From: Bacillota bacterium
Lineage (GTDB): Bacteria > Sysuimicrobiota > Sysuimicrobiia > Sysuimicrobiales > Segetimicrobiaceae
DNA length: 64,000 bases
NCBI GenBank assembly: GCA_021324295.1
Contig: JAJPJJ010000099.1
Location: forward strand, 51,966 to 115,965
Direction: 5' to 3'
Shown piece by piece: positions 1 through 9,120 of the stretch (positions are counted from its first letter, which is position 1; every line of letters begins with the position of its first letter). Under the pieces are notes generated by a model. The model had not been told where the DNA came from. It saw nothing but the letters and a program-made list of their open reading frames with translations, and ran no database searches. The translations under genes were made by a program, and so were the position numbers.

Positions 1-1880
1 CCGTCGTCGAAGGTCAGCGCCACCTCGGCCCGCCGCGGATCTCCGCGCCACAGCCGGCCCCGGCTCTCCAGCCCGAAGACGAGGCCCGCCAGCCGATCCT
101 TGATCTCCGCGAGCCGCTCGAGCGCGTCGCCATGGAACCGCTCGGTCGACTCGACGCCCCGGTCGCCGGCCGCCCTCGCGGCGGCGCCCTGCGCCGCGGT
201 CCGCTCGGTGACCGTCCCGGCCAGGAGAGCCGGGCTGTACCAGACGTCGCCGGCCCGCGCGAGCGCTTCGCCTGCCGCGAGAGCCGGCGGTGTCCCGAGG
301 AGCGGGTCCCGGAAGAGGCGCGCGGTGAGCGTGGCGTCGGTCCGCCGGCCGTCGAACCGGCCGGTCCGGTGGTAGTAGCCGGTCAGCGTCACCTGGAGCA
401 CTCGCGGGTCGGCCTCGAGCGCGGCCACCGCGAGCGCGCGGGCCCGCTCCTGCGCCTCCCGGAGGACCGCGCCCCGATCCCCGGTCCCATCCATCCCGTA
501 GACAAACTCGATCCATGCGAGCCTCGCGATCCACCCGTCGGGCAGGCGGGTGACGCCATCGCTCGCGACCGCGAGCTTCGCGACGGCAGGCGCGAGGCCC
601 CGGGCCTGGAGCACCCGCCAGATCCTCTGCTCCTCCACCCGGATGCCGGGACCGAGGGGGTGGGCGGCGGGGGTGATGGACCGCACGCGGGGCGGCGGCG
701 AGAGCCCGGCCGCCTCAGCCGCGGCCGGCCGCAGGACGGGGACGAACCGCGCCTCCCATGCCCCGACGCGCGCGGTACCGGCGCGGGTTGGTGCCCGCGC
801 CGTCGGCCGTCCGCCGGGCGCACGGGATATCCCCCCGGATGGCACGGAGGCGGCAACGCGCACCAGCTCGTCCTGCGGCAGCTCACCGACCAGCGTGAAG
901 GAGACCACGCCCGCGTTCCAGTGGAGCAGCGTGGCGACCCCACGGGCGATCATGGTGCCAGGGGCGGAGCCGATGCGGACCGGACGCCCGGTCGGCGGGG
1001 AACCCTGCGGCCCGCGGCTCTCGAACAGCGTCAGCGTCGAGACCCCGTCCGAGAACGCAAACGTCGCCGTGGGGATGCCGCGCACCATCGAGATCCGCGA
1101 TCCGACCAGCCTGTAGCCGGGCGGCAGGTACGCCGGGAGCTGCGGGGTGAACCCGACGCGCTGCGCGATCTGCTCGATCGTGAGCCGCCCGCTGGGCGTC
1201 CGCGTGTGGATCCGCGTCCCGGGTGGCGGCACCACGCTGAAGAGGTCGGCCGACAGCGCCGGGTTCACCTCGATCGAGAGGAACGCCGAGATCTCCCGCA
1301 GGGCACCGGTAGGACTGTACCGCTCCAAGCGCAGGAGGAGGCGGGTCTCGGTATCGATCCAGAGGCGCAGCCGCGGCCGTCCGGGAAACTTGGGCTGGAT
1401 GTCGATGATGCGGGCCGGGCGGCCGGCGACGGTGTCGGTGCCGCCGAACCGCGCGTCGTAGTTCTCGAGGATCCGCGGCAGGATCTCGCGGGCCAGGCCC
1501 TCCTCGTCGTGCTCGGGCGCTGGGCGGCGGACTACCTCGTTGCGGGCGGGCGTAAACTCGACCTCCGTCCGGCCGGTGATGATGACGATCCGCGCGGGCT
1601 GGGCGCCCGCCGCTGGATACTCCAGGCGGGTCCGGTCCGGCGCCTGGTGGTAGACGCGCACCTCCGACGCCTGCACGCCCGCCGCCCATACGGTCACGGT
1701 CTTGGTCCCCACGTAGCTAGTGCGGCGCGGCGCCGTGGCCGCGGACTGCAGCCACAGGAGCGGGCTGTCGCCCGGGCCCTGCTGCGCCCGCGCCGGCGGC
1801 GCCGGCGCGGAGGCCGCGAGGGCCCAGCCCAACGCGCAGATCGCCGCGGCGGCGACCTGGCGGCGGATGGAGGGTGGCAT
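1..1880 (-). CDS. Partial large secreted protein. N-terminal signal peptide, LolA/RseB-like (MucB/RseB) domain and DUF4367-like region, then, with no intervening stop, a linker, an unknown domain and the start of a polysaccharide deacetylase (NodB) motif, RLWRGDPRRAEVALTFDDG, at the window edge. The C-terminus lies beyond position 1.
   Basis: My own translation of the third minus frame from ATG at 1880: MPPSIRRQVAAAAICALGWALAASAPAPP...YVGTKTVTVWAAGVQASEVRVYHQ...TIEQIAQRVGFTPQLPAYLPPGYRLVG...FAFSDGVSTLTLFESRGP... with no stop down to nt 1. The ORF track lacks it because it never reaches a stop inside the window. It lies immediately downstream of, and overlaps, the anti-sigma gene. Confidence 0.6.
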   Translation of the reverse strand, partial: MPPSIRRQVAAAAICALGWALAASAPAPPARAQQGPGDSPLLWLQSAATAPRRTSYVGTKTVTVWAAGVQASEVRVYHQAPDRTRLEYPAAGAQPARIVIITGRTEVEFTPARNEVVRRPAPEHDEEGLAREILPRILENYDARFGGTDTVAGRPARIIDIQPKFPGRPRLRLWIDTETRLLLRLERYSPTGALREISAFLSIEVNPALSADLFSVVPPPGTRIHTRTPSGRLTIEQIAQRVGFTPQLPAYLPPGYRLVGSRISMVRGIPTATFAFSDGVSTLTLFESRGPQGSPPTGRPVRIGSAPGTMIARGVATLLHWNAGVVSFTLVGELPQDELVRVAASVPSGGISRAPGGRPTARAPTRAGTARVGAWEARFVPVLRPAAAEAAGLSPPPRVRSITPAAHPLGPGIRVEEQRIWRVLQARGLAPAVAKLAVASDGVTRLPDGWIARLAWIEFVYGMDGTGDRGAVLREAQERARALAVAALEADPRVLQVTLTGYYHRTGRFDGRRTDATLTARLFRDPLLGTPPALAAGEALARAGDVWYSPALLAGTVTERTAAQGAAARAAGDRGVESTERFHGDALERLAEIKDRLAGLVFGLESRGRLWRGDPRRAEVALTFDD

Positions 1881-1881
1881 G

Positions 1882-2376
1882 CTACCGGGTCTGCGGCTCC
1901 GGGGCGGGAAGGGTGTACGTGACCAGCGTGGTCGCCACCTCATCGGTGAGCGGCCGGCCCGTCGAGAGCACCAGGTAGTCGCGGAGGTAGGCATCGGGAT
2001 CCAGCGGCGTCTCGTGCACGCCCCATCGCGACAGCCAACCCAGCGGGAGGCCGAGCGCCAGGGCCAGGGCTGCGCACGCCAGCGCCAGCCGGAGCGGCGT
2101 CGGCCGCAGCGACAGGCTGCGGAGCAGTTCGCGCAGCCTCGGGCGGGCGTCCGCGCGTGCTTCCCGCATCAGCCGCCAGTGCAGCCTCTCCGCCAGCCCC
2201 TCCGGCACCGCCGGATCGGGCAGGCCGCGGAGCAGGCGCCGCAACGCCGCGAGCTCCGCGTACGCCCGCCCGCACCCGGCGCACCCCGCGAGGTGCCCCT
2301 GCACGCGCTCCAGCTCCTGCGCGCTTAGGGCGCCGTCGAGATACGCGGAGAGACGGTCAGTGACGTGGTCACTCAC
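1882..2376 (-). CDS. Membrane anti-sigma factor, zinc-binding ZAS type (HxxxCxxC motif HLAGCAGC), with one TM helix and a short extracytoplasmic tail.
   Basis: Track ORF 164 aa: MSDHVTDRLSAYLDGALSAQELERVQGHLAGCAGCGRAYAEL... with a TM segment LALACAALALALGLPLGWL. Its start overlaps the stop of the upstream ECF sigma gene by 4 nt. Confidence 0.75.
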   Translation of the reverse strand: MSDHVTDRLSAYLDGALSAQELERVQGHLAGCAGCGRAYAELAALRRLLRGLPDPAVPEGLAERLHWRLMREARADARPRLRELLRSLSLRPTPLRLALACAALALALGLPLGWLSRWGVHETPLDPDAYLRDYLVLSTGRPLTDEVATTLVTYTLPAPEPQTR

Positions 2377-2990
2377 CGGTCTCCCCTCCTCCCGGCAAGC
2401 TGCGGCCCGAGCGCCTTCCGGAGCATCTCGCGCGCCCGGTGCAGCCGCGATCGCACCGTGCCAACGGGGCAGCCCACGGCGGCCGCAACTTCATCATAGG
2501 ATAGTCCCTCGATGTCCACAAGGACGACCGCGGTCCGAAACTCCGCGGGCAGGCGGTCCAGGGCCGCCTGGACCGCACCGTCCAGGTCCGTGGCCTCCAC
2601 GAGGCGCTGCGGATCGTCCCGGTCGTCGCCCACGAGCGCCACGAGCGGGTCGCCGCCCGGGCTCACCGGCGCATCGAGGGAGACCTCGGGGCGGCGGAGG
2701 CGGCGCCGCACCCGATCGATGTGCGTGCGTGTCATGATCCGGTACAGCCAGCGGTCGAAGTAGGTCCCGGGCTGGTACCGGTCGAACGCGCGGAAGGCCT
2801 CGACGATCGCCTCCTGCGCCAGATCCTCGGCGTCGTCGGGGTTTCCGGCCAGCCTGTACGCGACGCGGTAGATCCCGCGCAGGTGTCGCGCCAGCAGCTC
2901 TTCGAACGCCGCCAGCCGCGCGCCCGCCGGCGCCGACGCGCCCGCCGACGCGTCCATCACCCTGTCTATCGCCCCAACGAGCTGCTGCAT
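2373..2990 (-). CDS. ECF (sigma-70 family, RpoE-like) RNA polymerase sigma factor.
   Basis: Track ORF 2373..3044. Regions 2 and 4 are recognisable: LARHLRGIYRVAYRLAGNPDDAEDLAQEAIVEAFRAFDRY and LPAEFRTAVVLVDIEGLSYDEVAAAVGCPVGTVRSRLHRAREMLRKAL. The likely start is the internal Met MQQLVGAI at about 2990; Met at 2954 is an alternative. Confidence 0.85.
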   Translation of the reverse strand: MQQLVGAIDRVMDASAGASAPAGARLAAFEELLARHLRGIYRVAYRLAGNPDDAEDLAQEAIVEAFRAFDRYQPGTYFDRWLYRIMTRTHIDRVRRRLRRPEVSLDAPVSPGGDPLVALVGDDRDDPQRLVEATDLDGAVQAALDRLPAEFRTAVVLVDIEGLSYDEVAAAVGCPVGTVRSRLHRAREMLRKALGPQLAGRRGDR

Positions 2991-3090
2991 CGACCCGCGC
3001 GCCGCATCGACGTGCACTGGCCCTCCCCGACCTTGGCTCTCCATCTCGTAGCGCGCCGCGGCCGCGGGAAGTTCCCGCGCCGCGGCGCCA

Positions 3091-3765
3091 TCACGCCGTC
3101 GGGGCGCCGCGGCCGAGCAGCGCGGCCCGGAACTGCTGCACGCTGGCCGACGGGGTAATCGCGACGACGATGTCTCCCCGGCGGAGCACCGTGTCGCCGT
3201 GGACGCTCTCGGCCGTCTCCCCCCGAACGACGATCGCGAGCATACAGTTGTGGGGGAGCGCGAGGTCGCGGACGCGCCGGTTCACGGCGGGCGAGTCCTC
3301 CGGCAGGGCGACCTCCACGAGCTCCAGGTGACCCCGCCGCAGGGCGGTCAGCGGGATCACGTCGGCGACCTCCACCTCCTGCTCGATCAGGCTGTAGATC
3401 AGCTTGGTCGAGCTGACCGTCTCGTCGATGCCCAGGAGCTGGAACGTCACCTCGTTCTTGGGGTTGTTGATCCGCGCGATCACCCGCTTCACGTTGAATT
3501 TGCGCTTGGCCATCTGGCAGATCACGAGGTTGTCCTCGTCGTCGCCGGTAACCGCCGCGACGAGGTCCGCACGGGCCGCCCCGGCCTGGTCGAGGGTCGT
3601 CACCTCGCACGCGTCGCCCAGCAGGGCGGCGTCGCCGAACTCCTCCTGCAGCAGGTCGAACCGGCGGCGCGCCTTCTCGATGATGGTCACTTCCTGGCCT
3701 GCGCCGTGCAGCGCCTTCGTGAGATAGTACCCGACCTTTCCGCCGCCAGCGACGATCACGTACAT
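3091..3765 (-). CDS. trkA: TrkA/KtrA-type K+ uptake regulatory protein (TrkA-N NAD-binding Rossmann domain plus TrkA-C).
   Basis: MYVIVAGGGKVGYYLTKALHGAGQEVTIIEK... Rossmann GxGxxG motif. ATG at 3765, located inside the track ORF 3091..3870. Confidence 0.8.
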   Translation of the reverse strand: MYVIVAGGGKVGYYLTKALHGAGQEVTIIEKARRRFDLLQEEFGDAALLGDACEVTTLDQAGAARADLVAAVTGDDEDNLVICQMAKRKFNVKRVIARINNPKNEVTFQLLGIDETVSSTKLIYSLIEQEVEVADVIPLTALRRGHLELVEVALPEDSPAVNRRVRDLALPHNCMLAIVVRGETAESVHGDTVLRRGDIVVAITPSASVQQFRAALLGRGAPTA

Positions 3766-3767
3766 GG

Positions 3768-4244
3768 CTACCGGCTCCTTTCGGACCCCGGAGACCGCGG
3801 CAGCGTCTCCCGGACCGCCTGGTACTCCTCGATGCTCCGCCACGGCCGTCCCGTGAGGAAGTCCCGGCACAGCCCCGCGCCCAGGAGCGTGGGGGAGATC
3901 GTGTCGATGCCCAGCTCCTTGTAGGCTTCAGCGCGCAGCGGGTCGTAGATCCGCGCGATGACGCGGGGCACCTTGTATTTGACCTTGACGATCTGCGCGG
4001 ACATGATGTTGGTGTTGTCCCCGTTGGTGGTCGCGGCAAAGCCGTCGGCACGCTCGATCCCGGCCTTGCGCAGGACGTCCTCGTCGATGCCGATCCCGAG
4101 GATCGTCTTGCCCCGGAACCCCCGGCCGAGGCGCCGGAAGGACTCCCGATCGCGGTCGATGATCGCGACCGAATGCCCCTCGGCGGCCAGCATCATCGCC
4201 AGCGTCGCGCCCACCCGTCCACACCCCAGGATCACGACGTGCAT
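3768..4244 (-). CDS. Second TrkA-N domain protein (K+ transport NAD-binding component).
   Basis: MHVVILGCGRVGATLAMMLAAEGHSVAIIDRD... Its stop TAG at 3768-3770 is 2 nt before the ATG of the next trkA gene. Confidence 0.75.
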   Translation of the reverse strand: MHVVILGCGRVGATLAMMLAAEGHSVAIIDRDRESFRRLGRGFRGKTILGIGIDEDVLRKAGIERADGFAATTNGDNTNIMSAQIVKVKYKVPRVIARIYDPLRAEAYKELGIDTISPTLLGAGLCRDFLTGRPWRSIEEYQAVRETLPRSPGSERSR

Positions 4245-4265
4245 CGTCGACCGCTCCCCCCTTCC

Positions 4266-4946
4266 CTACCGCCGCCGCTGCCCCGCGTCGTCCGCCGCCG
4301 CGGCGACGTGGCCCGGGGACCCGGCCTCCGCCGGCGGGACGGGCCCCGCCGCCGGCGCGGGCGGCGCCGCCGCGCCGATGCTCGTCTCGGCCAGCCGGTC
4401 GATGATCACCTCGCACGGCGCGTGCCGGAACAGCGACTCGGCGACGCGGGCCGTCGATCCTTCGACGAACCCGGTATCCGGCGAGATCCCGAGCACGATG
4501 AGGTCCACATCGTGGTCGCGGGCGACGCGCGAGATGCCCTCGCCGGCCTCCCGGGTGCGGATGATCTCGGTCTGCGCCTCGAGGTTGTGCATGTCGACGA
4601 TCTGCCGCGCCTGCTCGAGCGCGCGGCGCCCGGCTTCCTCCACCTTGGGCAGCGGCACGCCGAGGCCCAGCGTGCGCGGGACCTCGACGATGTAGCCGAG
4701 CAGGATCTTGGCCTTCTGGACCTGCCCCAGGCGGCTCGCCAGCTCGACCGCCCGCTCCGAGTAGTACTCCTCCAGGATCGGGACGAAGATCGTCCGGACG
4801 GCGCCGACGGAGTGCACCGCGCGCGCCACCTCGATGGACACCGGCCGCGGCACGCGGAGCATCCACAGCAGCAGCGCGGCCATCGCCCCGGCGAACCCGG
4901 TCGCCAGGATCGCCCCGATCACGCTCACCTGAAGCGGCTCGGTCAC
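4266..4946 (-). CDS. Universal stress protein (UspA domain) with an N-terminal transmembrane anchor.
   Basis: Usp fold: ...RTIFVPILEEYYSERAVELASRLGQ...DVDLIVLGISPDTGFVEGSTARVAESLFRHAPCEVIIDR. N-terminal TM: VSVIGAILATGFAGAMAALLLWML. Likely GTG start at 4946, preceded by GGAGG; the track gives a TTG start at 4961. Confidence 0.7.
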   Translation of the reverse strand: MTEPLQVSVIGAILATGFAGAMAALLLWMLRVPRPVSIEVARAVHSVGAVRTIFVPILEEYYSERAVELASRLGQVQKAKILLGYIVEVPRTLGLGVPLPKVEEAGRRALEQARQIVDMHNLEAQTEIIRTREAGEGISRVARDHDVDLIVLGISPDTGFVEGSTARVAESLFRHAPCEVIIDRLAETSIGAAAPPAPAAGPVPPAEAGSPGHVAAAADDAGQRRR

Positions 4947-5125
4947 CGGAGCCTCCGCCAAAGGTAGGCCGCCACGAACCAGAGCCGGTACGCGCCGAGC
5001 GCGACGAAGCCGAGCCCGACGAGCAGCGCCTGGAGGTGCACGCCCAACGGCAGCGTCCGGGCGAGGATCACGAGGCCGAGGATCACCATGAGGACGCTCG
5101 TGACGGTCAGGTAGGCGTCACGCAC
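4943..5125 (-). CDS. Possible small two-TM membrane protein of about 60 aa.
   Basis: C-terminal part of track ORF 4943..5293: VRDAYLTVTSVLMVILGLVILARTLPLGVHLQALLVGLGFVALGAYRLWFVAAYLWRRLR. GTG at 5125 is preceded by GGGGG. It is wedged between the permease stop and the usp start. Based on hydrophobicity only. Confidence 0.3.
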   Translation of the reverse strand: MRDAYLTVTSVLMVILGLVILARTLPLGVHLQALLVGLGFVALGAYRLWFVAAYLWRRLR

Positions 5126-6692
5126 GCGCCTGCCCCCGCGCCAGCTGCCGGTCGCGCTGCGCCAGCGCGAATTCGTACTGCTCGAGGAGATCGAACTCCT
5201 CGGCGTCCCGGAGGATCGCGCGCTGCTGGTCCTCCCAGTGGTGGGCGACGCTGCGCCACACCGGGAAGCCGTGCCGGCGCCGGTACGCGACATAGTAGAC
5301 GAGGCAGAGGATGACCCAGCTGGGGCCCGCGACCCGTCCGACCGCGTGGGTGAGCACGACCTCGATCAGCGTGATGAGCACGCCGACGAGGCCGAGGAAC
5401 CCGATGATCGGGACGTGCACGGCCTGGCCGGCGCGCCGCCAGCGCACGTTGAGGGGCACGCGATACGGCCGGGGGGAGTACGGGTCCCTGAACCGCAGGG
5501 CGATGAGCGCGATGAACACCAGGGTGTAGCCGAGGGTCGCCCCGAACGCGTACATGTTGGCGAGCGCGTCGACCGCGCTGGGCGTGAGAAACGCCAGCAT
5601 CGCCTCGAGCAGGCCGATGCCCGAAAAGACGAGGATCGCGCGCGCCGGCGTCCGGTACCGCGGGTGCACGTCCCGGAACCACGGCGTCAGCAGCTTGAGC
5701 TGGCTCATCGAGTACACGAGGCGGCTGGCCCCCATCACGCCGGTGTTGGAGGAGATCAGGAGGACCACGGCTCCCAGGATGGCCGCGAGCGGCCCCGCGA
5801 CCGGGCCGACGAACGGCAGCCGGCTGCCGAAGAGCGCAACGGAGTCGCCCACGTGCTGGGCGTAGACCTGCCACGGCAGCACCCCGAGGCCCGTGACCGA
5901 AAAGAACACGGCGAACAGGAACACGCTGCCGATGAGGCCGATCGACGTCCGCGGGATGATGGTGGCGGGCCGGCGCGTCTCCTGCGCCGCCTGGGAGATC
6001 GACTCCAGCCCCACGTACGAGATGATCGCAAGGGACGACCCGTACATGAACTGGGTGAGCGTGGGGAACTGGTGCACCCACTGGTCGACCAGCAGCTCGG
6101 GCCTCCAGGCGAAGATCAGTCCGATGACGATGAGGCCGGCCTCGACCACCAGGCTGAACACGCCGATCACCTCGTTCAGCAGCGACGACTCCCGCACGCC
6201 CCGGACGTTGAGCCAGGTGAGGAGCCCGATCAGCAGGAACGTCTCGCCGGCCCACAACGGGTTGATGCCGTGGAGGGGACCGAGGTCCATCTTGAAGTCG
6301 CGCACCGCCGGGAAGAAGAAGTTCATGTACCCGGCCGAGAACGTGGCAAAGAGGGCGATGTCGATCGTGTAGTCGAGCAGCAGGGCCGATCCCGCGATGA
6401 ACCCGGCCATGTCCCCGAGGCCCCGGCCGACGAAGTACTGGCCGCCCCCCGCCAGCGGGTACGCGGACGCCAGCTCGGTGTAGGCGAGGCCGATCATGAT
6501 GTAGACGAGCCCCGCGGCGGCGAACGCGAGGGGCGCCGCGCCCATCGTGGCGGCGATGACGATGCCGAGGGCCGCGTAGATGTCCGCCCCCACGTCGGCG
6601 AACCCCCACATGAACGAGCCCCACACCGAGACGTCCCGGCGCAGGTGCGGCTCGCCGGCGGCGAGCGGCGGGGCGGAGGCGATCTCAGCCAC
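5118..6692 (-). CDS. APC-family amino acid/polyamine permease.
   Basis: 524 aa polytopic membrane protein with APC signatures: ...GSFMWGFADVGADIYAALGIV...ELASAYPLAGGGQYFVGRGLG... Confidence 0.9.
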   Translation of the reverse strand: MAEIASAPPLAAGEPHLRRDVSVWGSFMWGFADVGADIYAALGIVIAATMGAAPLAFAAAGLVYIMIGLAYTELASAYPLAGGGQYFVGRGLGDMAGFIAGSALLLDYTIDIALFATFSAGYMNFFFPAVRDFKMDLGPLHGINPLWAGETFLLIGLLTWLNVRGVRESSLLNEVIGVFSLVVEAGLIVIGLIFAWRPELLVDQWVHQFPTLTQFMYGSSLAIISYVGLESISQAAQETRRPATIIPRTSIGLIGSVFLFAVFFSVTGLGVLPWQVYAQHVGDSVALFGSRLPFVGPVAGPLAAILGAVVLLISSNTGVMGASRLVYSMSQLKLLTPWFRDVHPRYRTPARAILVFSGIGLLEAMLAFLTPSAVDALANMYAFGATLGYTLVFIALIALRFRDPYSPRPYRVPLNVRWRRAGQAVHVPIIGFLGLVGVLITLIEVVLTHAVGRVAGPSWVILCLVYYVAYRRRHGFPVWRSVAHHWEDQQRAILRDAEEFDLLEQYEFALAQRDRQLARGQARA

Positions 6693-7389
6693 AGGGGGGC
6701 TCGCGGCGCAGCACGGTGATGAGATAGCGCGGGTAGCGGCGCTCGCGCAGCACGACGAGGCCGGGGATCCGTCTGAAGCGATCGTGGAGGGCCCGCGCGC
6801 CGGTGCCGCCGCCTCGTGCCTCCGACAACCCGGCCGCGTCGTGCACCGAGGTCCCGTGCACCAAGCAGAGGTCCCCGCCCGGCGCCACCCACCGCGCGAC
6901 CCGCGGAGCCAGGCTTTCGAACTGCGCGCGGTTCATGTAGTAGAACAGCTCCGCGCACACCACGAGATCGAAGGCGCCGTCCGGATCCTCGTGGAGCACG
7001 TCGAGCCGGCGCACCCGGACGCGGGGGTCCCCGGCGTGCCGCCGTCGCGCCCGGCGCAGCGCCAGCCCGGAGAAATCCACGGCCACGATGCGATCACACA
7101 GGGCGAGCAGGCGAGACGTGAAGAGCCCCTCCCCGCAGCCGACCTCCAGCGCCGTTCCGTAGCGCCGCCGCCCGAGGGCCGCGAGCGTGCGCTCCGCCCG
7201 CGCGCGCTCGTACTCGGACGTGGCCAGGCGCCAGGGGTCGGGGACGAGGTAGCGTGCTTCGAAGTAGGCGCGGATCATCCAGCTCCGCGCTGTGAGCAGG
7301 CGCTTGAGCGCCGTGTCGTCACCGACCCACCGGAGCAGGCGTCCGCCCGCCCCCGGCACGACGGCGCGCGGCAGGCTCGCGGCGCTCAT
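6685..7389 (-). CDS. Class I SAM-dependent methyltransferase.
   Basis: Motif I: ALEVGCGEGLFTSRLLALCDRIVAVDFS. Overlaps the pth stop, so the two genes are an operon. Confidence 0.75.
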   Translation of the reverse strand: MSAASLPRAVVPGAGGRLLRWVGDDTALKRLLTARSWMIRAYFEARYLVPDPWRLATSEYERARAERTLAALGRRRYGTALEVGCGEGLFTSRLLALCDRIVAVDFSGLALRRARRRHAGDPRVRVRRLDVLHEDPDGAFDLVVCAELFYYMNRAQFESLAPRVARWVAPGGDLCLVHGTSVHDAAGLSEARGGGTGARALHDRFRRIPGLVVLRERRYPRYLITVLRREPPCG

Positions 7390-8024
7390 CGCATCCCCAT
7401 CGTCGGCCCGGCAGGGCCCGGTGCCGCGGCCACCGGCGGCTGCGGCCCGGCCCCGGGCGCGCGATCCCGGACGTTGTACCGGTTCATCGCCGCTGCCAGC
7501 CCGTCCCGGGCCACGGTCACGGCTGCGTCCGCGGCCCGGTCCACCGCCGCATCGATGGCGGGCCGCTCGTCGGGCGTGAACCGGGCCAGCACGAACTCCA
7601 CCGGATCGATGCCCTCCGGCGGGCGGCCGATGCCGATGCGCAGGCGCGCGAAGCGCCCGGTGCCCAGCTCATCGATGATCGAGCGGATCCCGTTGTGCCC
7701 GCCGGCGCCGTTCCCCGGCCGGAGGCGCAGGCGCCCCAGGGGAAGGTCCAGGTCGTCGTGCACGACGAGCAGGTCGCCGGGGCGGCGGCGGTTCCTCCGA
7801 AGGAGGTCGCGCACCGCGTGGCCGCTCACGTTCATGTAGGTGTCGGGGATGGCGAGGAGCACGGCCGACGTCCCGATGCGAGCCCGCCCGGTCCGGGCCC
7901 ACGCGCTTGGCTCCAGCGATACGCCGAGGCGCTCCGCCAGGCGCTGGACGACCTCGTGCCCGACGCTGTGGCGGGTTCCCCGATACCGGCGTCCGGGGTT
8001 GCCGAGCCCGACGATCAGCAGCAT
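7386..8024 (-). CDS. pth: Peptidyl-tRNA hydrolase.
   Basis: MLLIVGLGNPGRRYRGTRHSVGHEVV...GGHNGIRSI. ATG at 8024 is preceded by GGTGGAGGA. The track ORF extends to 8165 as a spurious N-terminal extension. Confidence 0.9.
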   Translation of the reverse strand: MLLIVGLGNPGRRYRGTRHSVGHEVVQRLAERLGVSLEPSAWARTGRARIGTSAVLLAIPDTYMNVSGHAVRDLLRRNRRRPGDLLVVHDDLDLPLGRLRLRPGNGAGGHNGIRSIIDELGTGRFARLRIGIGRPPEGIDPVEFVLARFTPDERPAIDAAVDRAADAAVTVARDGLAAAMNRYNVRDRAPGAGPQPPVAAAPGPAGPTMGMR

Positions 8025-8284
8025 GTCCTCCACCCCGCGCGGGCCCGGCCGGTCCGACCGCTCCCGGTCGGGCCATGCGGCAGGCCTCCCATGCCCGAGC
8101 AGGCGACAGGGAGAGGCGGATCGGACGATCGGGTGGCGATGTCCTCGTTCACGACGCTCCACCACTATGCGACAGCGTCACAGAGCATGGCAAGCACGGC
8201 CCTCTAAGCGTGAAGGGCGCGGACAGCGCCACGCCCCTCCTCGGTCTCGGCTCCGCCGGCCCGGTTAGCGTGCCACGACAGCGG

Positions 8285-9009
8285 CTACTCCTTCCTCTCC
8301 GGCCTGCCCGGCTTGGCCTCGGGCTTCGCCGCCTTCGGCTCGGGCCGCGGCGGCGCTGGCTGGGCCTCCGCACCGGCCGGCAGGGCCCGACCCGCCGCCT
8401 CCGGTGCGGCCGCGCCCTCAGCCACCTCCGGCGCCGCCGCCTCTTCCTCCTCGGGCGCCACGACGGCCGCGATCACTTCCCCAGGAGGCGTGACAACCAC
8501 GATCCCCTCGCCCACCGAGACGTCGCGAACGTGCAGGGAATCGCCGATGCGGAGGCCCTCCACGCGAACGGTCAGGTGGTCTGGGATCTGCGTGGGCAGG
8601 CAGCGGACGGTGATCTCGCGGAGGTGCTGCTCCAGGATGCCGCCGGCCGTCACCCCTTCCGGGGTCCCGACGAGCGCGAGCGGCACGCGCGCTTCCAGCG
8701 TCTCGGTCAGGCTGATCTCGTGGAGGTCGACGTGGAGGATCTCCCGCCGGATCGGATCCCGCTGGATCTCCGCCAGCATCACAGTGCTGGTTTCCTCGTT
8801 GCCGTCCCGGGAGATCCGGAGGTCGATCAACGCATTCCGCCCTCCGGCCGTCAGGGCGCCGAGCAGGGTCTTGCGATCGATGGCAAGCGGCAGCGGCTCG
8901 CGGGCCTGGCCGTAGAGGATCGCGGGCACGAGGCCGTCCCTCCGGATCCTCTTGATCGCATTCTTGCCGATGAGCGCCCGCGTCGCCGCGGCCAGGCTCA
9001 CCCGTTCCA
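8285..9009 (-). CDS. rplY: 50S ribosomal protein L25 / general stress protein Ctc, with an acidic Pro/Ala-rich C-terminal tail.
   Basis: MERVSLAAATRALIGKNAIKRIRRDGLVPAILYGQ... in the conserved pth-ctc gene order. Confidence 0.9.
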
Positions 9010-9077
9010 TGGCGCACACCCTCCCCCACCCTCCGCGGGGGCCCGAACAGGCGCTCGCGCACGGGGGGTCTCACGAT

Positions 9078-9092
9078 GGCCCATTATAGCAC
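9078..9092 (-). promoter_or_regulatory. Extended -10 promoter TGCTATAAT (minus strand), about 70 nt upstream of rplY/ctc.
   Basis: Plus-strand cccATTATAGCAccgg is TGCTATAAT on the minus strand. This AT hexamer is very rare in this GC-rich DNA. No clear -35 element. Confidence 0.6.
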
Positions 9093-9120
9093 CGGACCGG
9101 GGGGCACACAACCGGCGGTC

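Noticed and set aside
132-1922. 596-aa plus-strand ORF, the longest in the first 2 kb.
   Set aside because: Its product is Arg/Gly/Pro/Asp-rich low complexity. It is the antisense shadow of the real minus-strand RseB-like gene.
3040-3090. GGGAAGTTCCC palindrome upstream of the first ECF sigma gene, as a possible GGAAC-type autoregulatory promoter.
   Set aside because: No acceptable CGTT- or GTT-type -10 at 16-17 nt. I could not support it beyond the GGAAC pentamer.
5238-6719. 493-aa plus-strand ORF, and the similar 5107..6624 minus ORF.
   Set aside because: Both overlap the clear APC permease frame and have low-complexity products; they are frame artefacts of GC-rich coding DNA.
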